Assembly: GCA_017446775.1 (NCBI GenBank)
Contig: JAFSQE010000001.1
Span: 81,954 to 145,953, forward strand
Source: Bacteroidales bacterium
GTDB taxonomy: Bacteria > Bacteroidota > Bacteroidia > Bacteroidales > UBA932
Length of the DNA stretch: 64,000 bases
Direction of reading: 5' to 3'
Numbering within the stretch: position 1 is the first letter of the stretch; every line of letters begins with the position of its first letter. The notes under the pieces are model-generated. The model was not told where the DNA came from. It was given only the letters and a program-made list of their open reading frames with translations, and ran no database searches. The position numbers and the translations under genes were made by a program. Positions 28,358 to 37,840 of the stretch are shown piece by piece.

Positions 28358-29995
28358 ATGAAGAAAGTTTTATTTATCGCTATGGCCTGCCTTGCTGCCG
28401 TTGCCTGCAACAAGGTCTCCAAGATGGCCGATCTCGCCGACCAGGTGAAAGTAGAGTGCAACCCCGAGGTTCTCGAGGTTGTTGCAGACAACATCGACGC
28501 CGATGTAACCGTTACCTTCCCCGCCAAGTATTTCCACAAGAAAGCTATCCTGGAAATCGTTCCGGTAATGAAGTTCCAAGGAGGGGAAGTAGCCGGCGAA
28601 CCTTTTGTATACCAGGGAGAAAAGGTTACCGATAACTTCAAGACCGTGGGCAAGGACGGAGCAAGCATCACAGAGCATGTAAACTTCAAGTATGTGAAGG
28701 GGATGGAGAAATCCGAGCTCGTTGGGCGCGCAACCGTCAAGTACAAGAAGAAATCTTGGGCATTCCCCGAGGATATCAAGATTGCAGACGGCGCAAACAC
28801 CACCTACATGCTTGCATGCAGCACCGGTTCTTACGCTGCGGCTGCCGACAACTATCAGGAGATCATCCCCGAAGAGGTTGAGGCCCAGATTCTCTATCTT
28901 ATCAACAGCGCAAACGTACGCTCCAACCAACTCACTTCCGAGTCCATCAAGGAGTACAAGACCGGCATCCAGGATGTGATGAACGACAGCCGCCGCACCA
29001 TCACCGGCACCGACATCATCGCCTATGCATCGCCCGACGGCCCCTCGAAGCGCAACAACACCCTCTCCGACGAGCGTGCCGCTTCTGCAGAAAAAGCTTT
29101 CGGCAAAGTCTCCAAGAAGCTTGAGACCGGCGGCGTAAGCACCCGCAGCATCGGTGAGGACTGGGAAGGCTTCCAGGAGCTGGTGAACAACTCCAACATT
29201 GAAGACAAGGACCTTATCCTGCGCGTGCTCTCGATGTACAGCGACCCCGATGTCCGCGAGCGTGAGATCAAGAACATGTCCAGCGTATACGGCACCCTGG
29301 CAAAGGACGTGCTGCCCGAGTTGCGCCGTGCCCGTTTTGTGACCAACGTAGAGTTCCAGAACTACACCGCAGAAGAGCTCAAGGCGCTGGTAGAGGACAA
29401 TATCGACGTGCTTGACGAGGAGGCCCTGCTTCGCAGCGCTACCCTTACCGACGATGCTGCCGCCAAGATCGCCATCTACAAGCAGGCTATCAAGAAATAC
29501 GACAGCGACCGCGCAAAACTCAACACCGCATGCATCCTGCTCGATCAGGGCAAGAACGACCAGGCAGAGGCTATGCTCAGCAAGGTTAACGACCGCTCTA
29601 TCGAGGGTCTGAACAACCTGCGCGGCGTGCTCGCCCTGCGCGATGGCAAGAAAGAGAAGGCTGCCGACTTCTTCGCAAAGGAGAGCGGCAAGTCCGGCAA
29701 GGCTAACCTCGGTACCCTCGACATCCTTAACGGCGACTATGCAGCCGCTGTCAAGAAACTCGCCGGCACCGGCGACGCCAACGAGGCCCTGGCATACATC
29801 CTCAACGGCGACCTGGCAAAGGCTTCTGCCCTGCTGAAAGACAAAGATTGCGAGAAGGCTGCCTACATGCGCGCCATCATCGCTGCACGTCAGGGCAAGG
29901 CTGCCGCAGCAAACGCAGAACTTGCAAAAATCAAAAAGTGCAAAGAACTCAAGGAGCGTGCAGAGAATGATATCGAATTTGCCAAGATCAAATAA
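28358..29995 (+). CDS. Lipoprotein of unknown function (OmpA_C-like peptidoglycan-binding-type motif plus C-terminal TPR-like helical repeats)
   Basis: 545 aa from ATG 28358 (MKKVLFIAMACLAAVAC). The ORF-track start at 28127 lies inside the divergent regulator gene. It contains the motif IIAYASPDGPSKRNNTLSDERAASAEKAF. The C-terminal region of about 200 aa is Ala/Lys-rich and helical-repeat-like. Confidence 0.6.
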   Translation: MKKVLFIAMACLAAVACNKVSKMADLADQVKVECNPEVLEVVADNIDADVTVTFPAKYFHKKAILEIVPVMKFQGGEVAGEPFVYQGEKVTDNFKTVGKDGASITEHVNFKYVKGMEKSELVGRATVKYKKKSWAFPEDIKIADGANTTYMLACSTGSYAAAADNYQEIIPEEVEAQILYLINSANVRSNQLTSESIKEYKTGIQDVMNDSRRTITGTDIIAYASPDGPSKRNNTLSDERAASAEKAFGKVSKKLETGGVSTRSIGEDWEGFQELVNNSNIEDKDLILRVLSMYSDPDVREREIKNMSSVYGTLAKDVLPELRRARFVTNVEFQNYTAEELKALVEDNIDVLDEEALLRSATLTDDAAAKIAIYKQAIKKYDSDRAKLNTACILLDQGKNDQAEAMLSKVNDRSIEGLNNLRGVLALRDGKKEKAADFFAKESGKSGKANLGTLDILNGDYAAAVKKLAGTGDANEALAYILNGDLAKASALLKDKDCEKAAYMRAIIAARQGKAAAANAELAKIKKCKELKERAENDIEFAKIK

Positions 29996-30020
29996 AGTTT
30001 AAAATTATAATCCGCGAAAA

Positions 30021-30049
30021 AGGTCAACTTCTTTAGTTGGCCTTTTTTG
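30021..30049 (+). terminator. Rho-independent terminator after the lipoprotein gene
   Basis: 9-bp stem AGGTCAACT / AGTTGGCCT (one G-U pair), 5-nt loop, then TTTTTGTT. Confidence 0.6.
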
Positions 30050-30100
30050 TTGGCCAGAAACACATGATTCATAATATTTCTTTGTTACAAAAAATAACAA

Positions 30101-30108
30101 TACCTTTG
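30101..30108 (+). promoter_or_regulatory. -7 promoter box (TACCTTTG) for metX-thrA-asd
   Basis: Exact TAnnTTTG match with a TTTG at 30081-30084 as a possible -33 element. It ends 8 nt before the metX ATG, which implies a very short leader or none. Confidence 0.4.
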
Positions 30109-30116
30109 CTGACCAA

Positions 30117-31130
30117 ATGTTAAGGCACATATACACATACAACGATGTTTTCCCCCTCGAGTCGGGCGGTTCGCTGGACGGGCTCACCATCTGCTACCAC
30201 ACCAGCTGCGAAGAGCGGGGCAACCGTCCGGTGATATGGATATGTCACGCCCTCACCGCCAACTCCAATCCGGAGGAGTGGTGGGACACCCTGGTTGGCA
30301 AGGGGCTGCTGTTCGATACAGAAAAGTATTACGTAGTGTGCGCCAACATCATTGGCAGCTGCTACGGCTCTACAGGCCCCACAACCTACCCCAAGGCCCC
30401 CCTGAGAAACTTTCCGCTGGTAACCATCCGCGACCTTGTGCGGGCACACGACAAGCTGCGCGAGCATCTGGGCATCGAGAAGGTGGATTTTCTGGTGGGC
30501 GGCAGCAATGGCGGCTTCCAGTCGGTAGAGTGGGCTGCAAGCTTCCCGGACCGCATCAAAAACCTGTGCCTTATTGCCACCAGCGCCATAGTGAGTCCCT
30601 GGTGCACGGCAACCCTCGAGGCGCAGCGCATGGCCATCAAGGCCGACCCTAGCTTTGATGCCTCGCAGGATGCCCGCGGTGGCATGGCGGGGCTGGCGGC
30701 GGCCCGTTCCATGGCCCTGGTGACATATCGTAATTATGAAGGTTATGGCCGCACCCAGGCCGAGGCGAATCCCGATTTTCTGATTGCCAACCGCGCCGTG
30801 ACATATCAGCAGTACCAGGGGCAGAAGCTCTGCAGGCGGTTTGACGCATATTCATATTACTACCTCACGCTGGGGGTGGACACCCACAACGTAGGACGCA
30901 GGCGCGGCGGGGTGGAAAAAGCGCTTAAAGGCATCACCGCCAAGACGCTCTGCATCGCCATAGACAGCGACATCCTCTTCCCCGTATCAGAGAGCCGGCG
31001 TCTGGCAGAGGGGATTCCCGGCGCCAGCCTGGAGGTGATTACCTCCGACTTTGGCCACGACGGGTTTCTGCTGGAGAGCGAACAGATTACAAAATGTATC
31101 AATAAACATTTCGACTTATGCAAGTTTTAA
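30117..31130 (+). CDS. metX: Homoserine O-acetyltransferase (alpha/beta hydrolase)
   Basis: 337 aa; FPLESGGSLDGLTICYHT, nucleophile elbow GGSNGG, C-terminal GHDGFLLE. Confidence 0.85.
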   Translation: MLRHIYTYNDVFPLESGGSLDGLTICYHTSCEERGNRPVIWICHALTANSNPEEWWDTLVGKGLLFDTEKYYVVCANIIGSCYGSTGPTTYPKAPLRNFPLVTIRDLVRAHDKLREHLGIEKVDFLVGGSNGGFQSVEWAASFPDRIKNLCLIATSAIVSPWCTATLEAQRMAIKADPSFDASQDARGGMAGLAAARSMALVTYRNYEGYGRTQAEANPDFLIANRAVTYQQYQGQKLCRRFDAYSYYYLTLGVDTHNVGRRRGGVEKALKGITAKTLCIAIDSDILFPVSESRRLAEGIPGASLEVITSDFGHDGFLLESEQITKCINKHFDLCKF

Positions 31131-33550
31131 AGTTTGGAGGTTCTTCCGTAGCCACTGCCGCCAACATGAGCAAGGTGGTGGAGATTGTAACCAAAGCCGT
31201 AAGCAACGACAAAACCATTCTGGTGGCATCTGCCATAAGCAAGGCTACCGACACCCTTATCAAGGTGGGGCGAATGGCCGAGATGGGCGACGAGGGTTAC
31301 AAGCAGATACTCTCTGACCTCGAAACACGGCACCACGATATTATTTCTGAACTGCTGCCGCAGTACTTCCAGAATGACATAAACAAAGAGATAAGCGAGC
31401 GGTTTGTACAGCTCACCGGCATCTGCGACGGCGTTTTTCGCATTGGCGAACTCACAGAGCGTTCTCTGGATCTGATAATGAGCTTTGGCGAACTGCTCTC
31501 CACCCGCATCCTGGCGGCCAAGTTCACCTCCATGGGGGTGGGCTGCAAGTGGGTCGATTCCCGCGAGATTATCAAGACCCGCCGCGACCTGGCCCAGAAT
31601 GTAGTGGATACCGATGCCACCAACCACAATGCCCAGGAGTTCTTCGGGGGCAGCAACGCCAAGCTGTATGTGATGCCCGGCTTTATAGCTTCTGATTCAG
31701 ATGGGCACACTACCACCCTTGGGCGGGGCGGCAGCGACTATTCCGCATCGATCCTGGCGGCAGCCATAGGCGCACGGCGACTGGAGATCTGGACCGACGT
31801 GTGCGGCATGATGACCGCCGACCCGCACATCGTGCCCGAGGCCAAGACCATAGAGCATATCTCCTACCGCGAAGCGCTGGAACTCTCCCACTTCGGGGCA
31901 AAGGTGGTCTATCCCCCCACAATCCAGCCGGTAGTAGGCAAGAACATCCCTATTCTGGTAAAGAATACCTTTGACCCCGACGGCAAAGGCACCCTTATCG
32001 AGAGCAATCCGCCCGAGACCGCCGGCAACATCAAGGGCATATCCAACAGCGACAAGCTGGCCATCCTCTCCATGGAAGGGAGCGGAATGGTAGGCGTTCC
32101 CGGCTACTCCAGCCGCCTGTTCGACGTGCTGGCCAAGAACGACATCAACATCATACTCATTACCCAGGCATCATCGGTACACACGATGCTGGTAGTGATA
32201 GACGAGAAGGATGCGCCGCTGGCAAAGAAGGCCGTGGACGAGGTATTCGCATACGAAATCAGCCTCAAGAAGCTGGAGCCGCTCAAGATAGAGCGCGGCT
32301 ACTCCATTATCTCGCTGGTGGGCGATGACATGAAAAACCAGTCGGGCGTGACCGGCCGCATGTTCGATGCCCTGGGAGGCGAAGGGATCACCATCCGCGC
32401 CATCGCGCAGGGCTCTTCAGAGCGCAACATATCGGCAGTAATCCGCACAGAGGATATCAACGAGGCGGTACGCGCCATCCACAGCGAGTTCTTCAGCGAA
32501 TATCAGCATACCCTCAACCTGTTCATCGCCGGCTACGGCAATGTGGGCGGCCAGCTGATAAACGTCATAAAAGAGAACGGCAGCGCCATAAACATAGTGG
32601 GCATCTGCAACATCAACGGCAAGTTCTTCTGCAAGAACGGCCTCGACCTGGACGAGATTGCACCCGCATTCGCGGCGCTGGACCGCAGCGTGCGCATAAA
32701 TACGGGCGATTTTATAGACGAGGCGATAAAGATGGGCCTCCCCAACTCTGTATTCGTGGATTGCACCTCCGACATCGGCATCGCCACCAACTATCCGTCG
32801 ATACTGTCGGCAGGGATCAGCGTGGTGACCTGCAACAAGATTGCCAACTCGCTGGATATGAACCTCTACCGCCAGATACGCCGCTGCGAGCAGGAGGGCA
32901 AGTCGTCTTTCTATTACGACACCAACGTGGGAGCTGCGCTCCCGGTGATCCGCACCTTGAAGCAGATGGTGAGCAGCGGCGACACCGTAGAGCATATCGA
33001 CGCCATTGTGTCGGGCACCCTGAACTACATCTTCAGCGAATATTGCCAGAGCTCATGCAAAGATACCTTTGCCACCATCGTGCGCCGCGCAAAGCAGCTG
33101 GGATTCTCCGAGCCTGACCCACGCACCGACCTGCAGGGCATCGACGTAATGCGCAAGGCAATCATCCTGGCGCGCGAAACGGGCGCAGAGATAGAGGCAG
33201 AGGATATCGACATCAAGGGCTTCCTGCCGCAGGAGTGCCTCCAGGGGAGCGTAGACGACTTCTTTGAAGCTCTCGCCCGTAACGAGGAATACTTCGCCGG
33301 CCTGCGCAGCGATGCCGCAGCCAAAGGGGGCAAACTGCGCTATATGGCAGAGATAGAGGGGGACAAAGTCTCCGTCGGCCTTAAGTGCATCACCCCGGAA
33401 CACCCCTTCTTCAGCTACGAGGGGACCGATTCCGCGGTATCCATCGCCACCAAGTTCTATCCGTACCCGGTAGTTATCAAGGGTGCGGGCGCCGGGGCGC
33501 GCATCACCGCCGGCGGTGTTTACGGTAACATTTGTCTTTGCAGAAAATAA
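31118..33550 (+). CDS. thrA: Bifunctional aspartokinase / homoserine dehydrogenase
   Basis: 810 aa. The N-terminus MQVLKFGGSSV indicates a kinase domain, followed by ACT repeats. The C-terminal NAD-binding and homoserine dehydrogenase region contains FIAGYGNVGG. Confidence 0.9.
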   Translation: MQVLKFGGSSVATAANMSKVVEIVTKAVSNDKTILVASAISKATDTLIKVGRMAEMGDEGYKQILSDLETRHHDIISELLPQYFQNDINKEISERFVQLTGICDGVFRIGELTERSLDLIMSFGELLSTRILAAKFTSMGVGCKWVDSREIIKTRRDLAQNVVDTDATNHNAQEFFGGSNAKLYVMPGFIASDSDGHTTTLGRGGSDYSASILAAAIGARRLEIWTDVCGMMTADPHIVPEAKTIEHISYREALELSHFGAKVVYPPTIQPVVGKNIPILVKNTFDPDGKGTLIESNPPETAGNIKGISNSDKLAILSMEGSGMVGVPGYSSRLFDVLAKNDINIILITQASSVHTMLVVIDEKDAPLAKKAVDEVFAYEISLKKLEPLKIERGYSIISLVGDDMKNQSGVTGRMFDALGGEGITIRAIAQGSSERNISAVIRTEDINEAVRAIHSEFFSEYQHTLNLFIAGYGNVGGQLINVIKENGSAINIVGICNINGKFFCKNGLDLDEIAPAFAALDRSVRINTGDFIDEAIKMGLPNSVFVDCTSDIGIATNYPSILSAGISVVTCNKIANSLDMNLYRQIRRCEQEGKSSFYYDTNVGAALPVIRTLKQMVSSGDTVEHIDAIVSGTLNYIFSEYCQSSCKDTFATIVRRAKQLGFSEPDPRTDLQGIDVMRKAIILARETGAEIEAEDIDIKGFLPQECLQGSVDDFFEALARNEEYFAGLRSDAAAKGGKLRYMAEIEGDKVSVGLKCITPEHPFFSYEGTDSAVSIATKFYPYPVVIKGAGAGARITAGGVYGNICLCRK

Positions 33551-33555
33551 TCGAC

Positions 33556-34572
33556 ATGAAAAGATACAAAGTAGCGGTTGTGGGTGCTACCGGCCTGGTC
33601 GGCAGCAAAATGATAGAAGTTTTATCGGAGGTGAATTTCCCCGTAGGTGAACTGGTGCCGTGCGCATCGGAACGCTCTGTCGGGAAAAAGGTAAGCTTTG
33701 GAGGGCGCGAGTGGAGCGTGATGTCTCTTGAAAGCGGCGTTGCCGCCAGGCCCGACATCGCCATCTTCTCTGCCGGCGGCAGCGTATCGGCAGAGTGGGC
33801 GCCCAGGTTCGCAGAAGTGGGATGCCGCGTGGTGGACAACTCGTCGCAGTGGCGCATGGACCCCACCAAAAAGCTCGTAGTGCCGGAGATCAACGGCAGC
33901 GTGCTCACCGCCGACGATATGATTATCGCCAACCCCAACTGCTCCACGATACAGATGGTGCTGGCGCTGGCACCGCTGCACGAGCGCTACAAGATCAAGC
34001 GGGTGGTGGTTTCTACCTACCAGAGCGTGACCGGCAGCGGCATGAAGGGAATCCACCAGATGCTGCGCGAGCGGGGCGACAATTCTGCCCTGGATCTGCC
34101 TGCCGCATATCCTCACCAGATAGACCGCAACGTGCTGCCGCATATCGACGTATTCCTGGATAACGGCTACACCAAAGAGGAGATGAAGATGACAAACGAG
34201 ACGGTGAAGATTTTTGGCGACCCCGGCATAAAGGTCACCGCCACCACCGTGCGTGTACCCGTAACCGGCGGCCACAGCGAGGCGGTGAACGTAGAGTTTG
34301 AGAAGGACTACGACCTGGGCGAGGTCAAGGCGATCTATGCCGAAGGGAAGGCCCCCGGCTGCGTGCTCCGCGACGACCCCTCACACAACATATACCCGAT
34401 GCCCCTGGAGGCCTTCGGCCACAACGAAGTTTATGTGGGCCGCCTGCGCCGCGACTTTTCTGCCCCGAACTGCCTGAATATGTGGATAGTTGCCGACAAC
34501 CTGCGCATCGGTGCGGCAACAAATGCCGTACATATTGCACAATATCTTATTCGAAACATAGTGAAATTGTAA
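33556..34572 (+). CDS. asd: Aspartate-semialdehyde dehydrogenase
   Basis: 338 aa from ATG 33556 (MKRYKVAVVGATGLVGS). The active-site segment is IANPNCSTIQ. Confidence 0.9.
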   Translation: MKRYKVAVVGATGLVGSKMIEVLSEVNFPVGELVPCASERSVGKKVSFGGREWSVMSLESGVAARPDIAIFSAGGSVSAEWAPRFAEVGCRVVDNSSQWRMDPTKKLVVPEINGSVLTADDMIIANPNCSTIQMVLALAPLHERYKIKRVVVSTYQSVTGSGMKGIHQMLRERGDNSALDLPAAYPHQIDRNVLPHIDVFLDNGYTKEEMKMTNETVKIFGDPGIKVTATTVRVPVTGGHSEAVNVEFEKDYDLGEVKAIYAEGKAPGCVLRDDPSHNIYPMPLEAFGHNEVYVGRLRRDFSAPNCLNMWIVADNLRIGAATNAVHIAQYLIRNIVKL

Positions 34573-34580
34573 ATAAATCT

Positions 34581-34588
34581 TAACTTTG
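34581..34588 (+). promoter_or_regulatory. -7 promoter box (TAACTTTG) for the tandem susC/susD locus
   Basis: Exact TAnnTTTG match 61 nt upstream of ATG 34649. Confidence 0.4.
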
Positions 34589-34648
34589 TCGGTTGCATAT
34601 TGGGTTTTTTGCCCCCTGTAACCAAGATAATATTAAGATTTATACAAT

Positions 34649-37600
34649 ATGAGATTTTCATCACTCTGTACGAACCTGTTGATTTGCGTTTTCGTGCTGA
34701 TGTTTGCGGGTTCCTTACCCGCTGCGGCCAATACCGATCTGCAGGGGCGCACGCTCACCGTTACTGTAACCGACAAGCAGGGCCCGGTCCCCGGCGCAAA
34801 CGTCGTTGTAATGGGGCGCCAGATAGGTGGCTCTACCGATGCCGACGGTGTGATTATCCTGGCCAAGGTTCCGTCGGACGCCGTGCTTGAGATTTCTTTT
34901 GTGGGTTACATCACCAAAAAGGTAACAGTAGGGAACAAGTCCAAGCTTAACGTCTATCTTGAAGAGGACAAGCAAAAGATAGACGAGGCGATGGTTGTGG
35001 CCTACGGCAAACAGAAACGTATCACCGTGACCGGCGCCATAGAGCAGGTAGGCCACGAAGAGCTGATCGAGACCCAGGTTCCCAACTTTGCCACCGCCCT
35101 GGCGGGTCGTGTGGCCGGCCTTACCACTATCCAGAAAAGTGGCCAGCCGGGAGCTGACGATGTCGATATATTTCTTCGCGGACAGGGTACAACCTCAAAC
35201 AAGATTCCGCTGGTGCTTATAGATGGTGTCCCGACCGACGGCGTGGGTGACGATTCCACCAAGATGGGTCTCAGGCTCAGTGTCCTGGACGTAAACGAGG
35301 TGGCCAGCGTTACCATCCTGAAGGATGCGGCATCTACCGCCATCTTTGGTACCCGCGGTGCAAACGGCGTGATTCTGATCACCACCCGCCGTGGCGACGC
35401 CGGCAAAACCGTACTCAGCGCGCAGGTGACCACCAGTGTGGCATCGCTCCACTTCCCCTGGACCAGGGTCAACTCCTGGGAGCATGCAGCGCTGCGTAAC
35501 CAGGCCCGCGCCAACGACGGCTTCGGCCCCGACTTTACGGACTATCAGATTGCCAAGTTCCGCGAGCAGAGCGGCGACCCGTTCTTCCCCAACCGCGACA
35601 TGTACAAAGAGGCCATCGCCAAGTTCGCCCCCACGGAGCGTATCTCCCTCAATATCTCCGGCGGTAGCAAGAAGACCCGTTACTTCACCAACGCAAACAT
35701 AATCTACCAGGAGGGTAACACCAAGATCCTCCCCCGCAAGGTGCTGGGTTATAACGCACAGTTTGACATGTTGCGCTACACCATCCGCAACAACTTTGAC
35801 TTCAACCTCAACGACCGGCTGAAGGTCTCCCTCACCCTGTCCATATACTATCAGCGCACCAACCAGCCCGCTGCCGGTACCGGCGTGTTTGACACCGCGC
35901 TGGGCACGCCTCCCACAAACCCCGGCCCGCTCACCGTGGCCGGTTACCTCGACTCCGAGGGTAACGAGGTGCCCGCCGGCGTAGTTGTGGCAAGGCAGAA
36001 CTCCAACAGCGCGTCTGCCTGGGCCATCGTGAACCGCTCCGGATACTACCGCAGGACAACATTCAGCCTTGTTTCGCAGGCAACCGCAGAATATGACCTC
36101 AGCAAGTTCATAAAGGGTCTGACCGTATCGGCCAACGTCGCATATAACGACTTTGCCGGCGGTAACCTCTCCGGCTACCTGCAGGGATACGATGCTTATT
36201 CATACTATCAGGCAAAGACCCCGGGCGAGAAATCGTACTACATATCCACCGTACGCAACTCCAACGAGACCTTTGCAATAGGCGAACGTGCCCCCTACGG
36301 CCAGCAGATGCTGCAGCTCCACCTGCGGTCTAACTACTACCAGCAGTTTGGCCACCACTCCGTATCGGCGATGGTGTTTGCACAGGCAGAGGTCAAGATA
36401 GACAATGTGATGCAGAAGCAGGTCCCCACACGCGAATCGATGCCGTATAAGTATGCCGGTATCTCGGGGCGTGTGACATGGGACTACAAATCAAAATACA
36501 TGGCAGAGTTTGACCTTGGATACAACGGCAGCGAGCAGTTTGCCCCGGATAAACGCTTTGGCGTGTTCCCGGCGTTCTCTGCCGGCTGGGTCGTAAGCAA
36601 CGAGGACTTCTTCAAGAGCAATCTCCCCTTCATAGATGTGTTCAAGTTCCGCGCATCCATCGGCAAGGTCGGCAACGACAAGGTCGGGGGGCGCTTCCTG
36701 TACCTCACCACGGTGAACAAGTCTTCCGGCGGCGTTGTCGGCACACTTGACAAAGGCCAGGATGTAGCCATCTCTTACCTCGGCAACCCCGACATCAACT
36801 GGGAGACTGTGCTCAAGCGCAACTATGCCATCGACTTCGGCTTCCTGAGAAACTTCACCGGTAAGGTCGATGTATTCTTTGAGAACTGCGACAACCGTAT
36901 CTTCGCACCGGCATCCATGCCAACCGCCAGCGGTATATCGGGCAGCGAAATCTCGGCCCTCAACATTGGCGTAGCCAACAACAAAGGCTTTGAGGTAGAG
37001 CTCAACTGGGACAAGGAGTTCAGCAAGAAGTTCAGGATGTCGGCCGGCGGGCAGTTCTCTTACGCCCGTGCCAAAATCATCTACTGCGACGAGGTCCTGC
37101 TGGACGAGAGCTATGCATACCGCAAGCGCACAGAGGGGTTCATGCCCGGACAGAACTGGGGTTATGCCATAGACTACAGCAACGGCAACGGCTATATCAA
37201 CACCCAGGAAGAGCTTGACCGCGCCATAGAGATGTACGATTTGGGGACTACCCCCCGCTTTGGCGACTTTATCTATCAGGACGCAAACAACGACGGCCAC
37301 ATAGACGACCGCGACCTGGTGCCCATCAAGCACAGTTCGAACCCGGAAATCAGCTTCGGTTTCAACATCAACTTCCAATACCGCCGCTGGGGCGTTTCCG
37401 CACAGTTCAACGGCATGGGGCTGGTATCGGCATACCGTATGGGTCTGGGCGTATCTGAACTCGAGAATGCCGGTACCTACACCGACTACCACCTGCACGC
37501 ATGGACCAAAGAGCGCTATGCAAACGGCGAGAAGATAGAATATCCCGCCCTCTCGACACACGCCAGCTCTTCGCTCACCAGGAACGACTTCTTTATCAAC

Positions 37601-37828
37601 AACCGTTCTTACTGCAGGCTCAAGAACCTCCAGGTCTCCTATACCATCCCGCCGAACAAGCTGTTCCGCACACTGGGTGTTGCAAGCGGCAATATCATCG
37701 CCTATGGCAACAACATCTTTATCATAGACAACCAGAGAGTAAAGGCGGTGGATGCCGAGACTGGCGGAACGTCCATAACCTACCCTCTGAACCGCACCTA
37801 TTCGCTGGCTCTCAACATTAAATTCTAA
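34649..37828 (+). CDS. SusC-like TonB-dependent transporter (pair 2)
   Basis: 1059 aa with a carboxypeptidase-regulatory-like domain and a plug (IDEAMVVAYGKQKR, IFGTRGANGVILITTRRG). There is no STN/anti-sigma-coupling extension. The C-terminus is LNIKF. Confidence 0.9.
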   Translation: MRFSSLCTNLLICVFVLMFAGSLPAAANTDLQGRTLTVTVTDKQGPVPGANVVVMGRQIGGSTDADGVIILAKVPSDAVLEISFVGYITKKVTVGNKSKLNVYLEEDKQKIDEAMVVAYGKQKRITVTGAIEQVGHEELIETQVPNFATALAGRVAGLTTIQKSGQPGADDVDIFLRGQGTTSNKIPLVLIDGVPTDGVGDDSTKMGLRLSVLDVNEVASVTILKDAASTAIFGTRGANGVILITTRRGDAGKTVLSAQVTTSVASLHFPWTRVNSWEHAALRNQARANDGFGPDFTDYQIAKFREQSGDPFFPNRDMYKEAIAKFAPTERISLNISGGSKKTRYFTNANIIYQEGNTKILPRKVLGYNAQFDMLRYTIRNNFDFNLNDRLKVSLTLSIYYQRTNQPAAGTGVFDTALGTPPTNPGPLTVAGYLDSEGNEVPAGVVVARQNSNSASAWAIVNRSGYYRRTTFSLVSQATAEYDLSKFIKGLTVSANVAYNDFAGGNLSGYLQGYDAYSYYQAKTPGEKSYYISTVRNSNETFAIGERAPYGQQMLQLHLRSNYYQQFGHHSVSAMVFAQAEVKIDNVMQKQVPTRESMPYKYAGISGRVTWDYKSKYMAEFDLGYNGSEQFAPDKRFGVFPAFSAGWVVSNEDFFKSNLPFIDVFKFRASIGKVGNDKVGGRFLYLTTVNKSSGGVVGTLDKGQDVAISYLGNPDINWETVLKRNYAIDFGFLRNFTGKVDVFFENCDNRIFAPASMPTASGISGSEISALNIGVANNKGFEVELNWDKEFSKKFRMSAGGQFSYARAKIIYCDEVLLDESYAYRKRTEGFMPGQNWGYAIDYSNGNGYINTQEELDRAIEMYDLGTTPRFGDFIYQDANNDGHIDDRDLVPIKHSSNPEISFGFNINFQYRRWGVSAQFNGMGLVSAYRMGLGVSELENAGTYTDYHLHAWTKERYANGEKIEYPALSTHASSSLTRNDFFINNRSYCRLKNLQVSYTIPPNKLFRTLGVASGNIIAYGNNIFIIDNQRVKAVDAETGGTSITYPLNRTYSLALNIKF

Positions 37829-37840
37829 ACGGATACGGCT

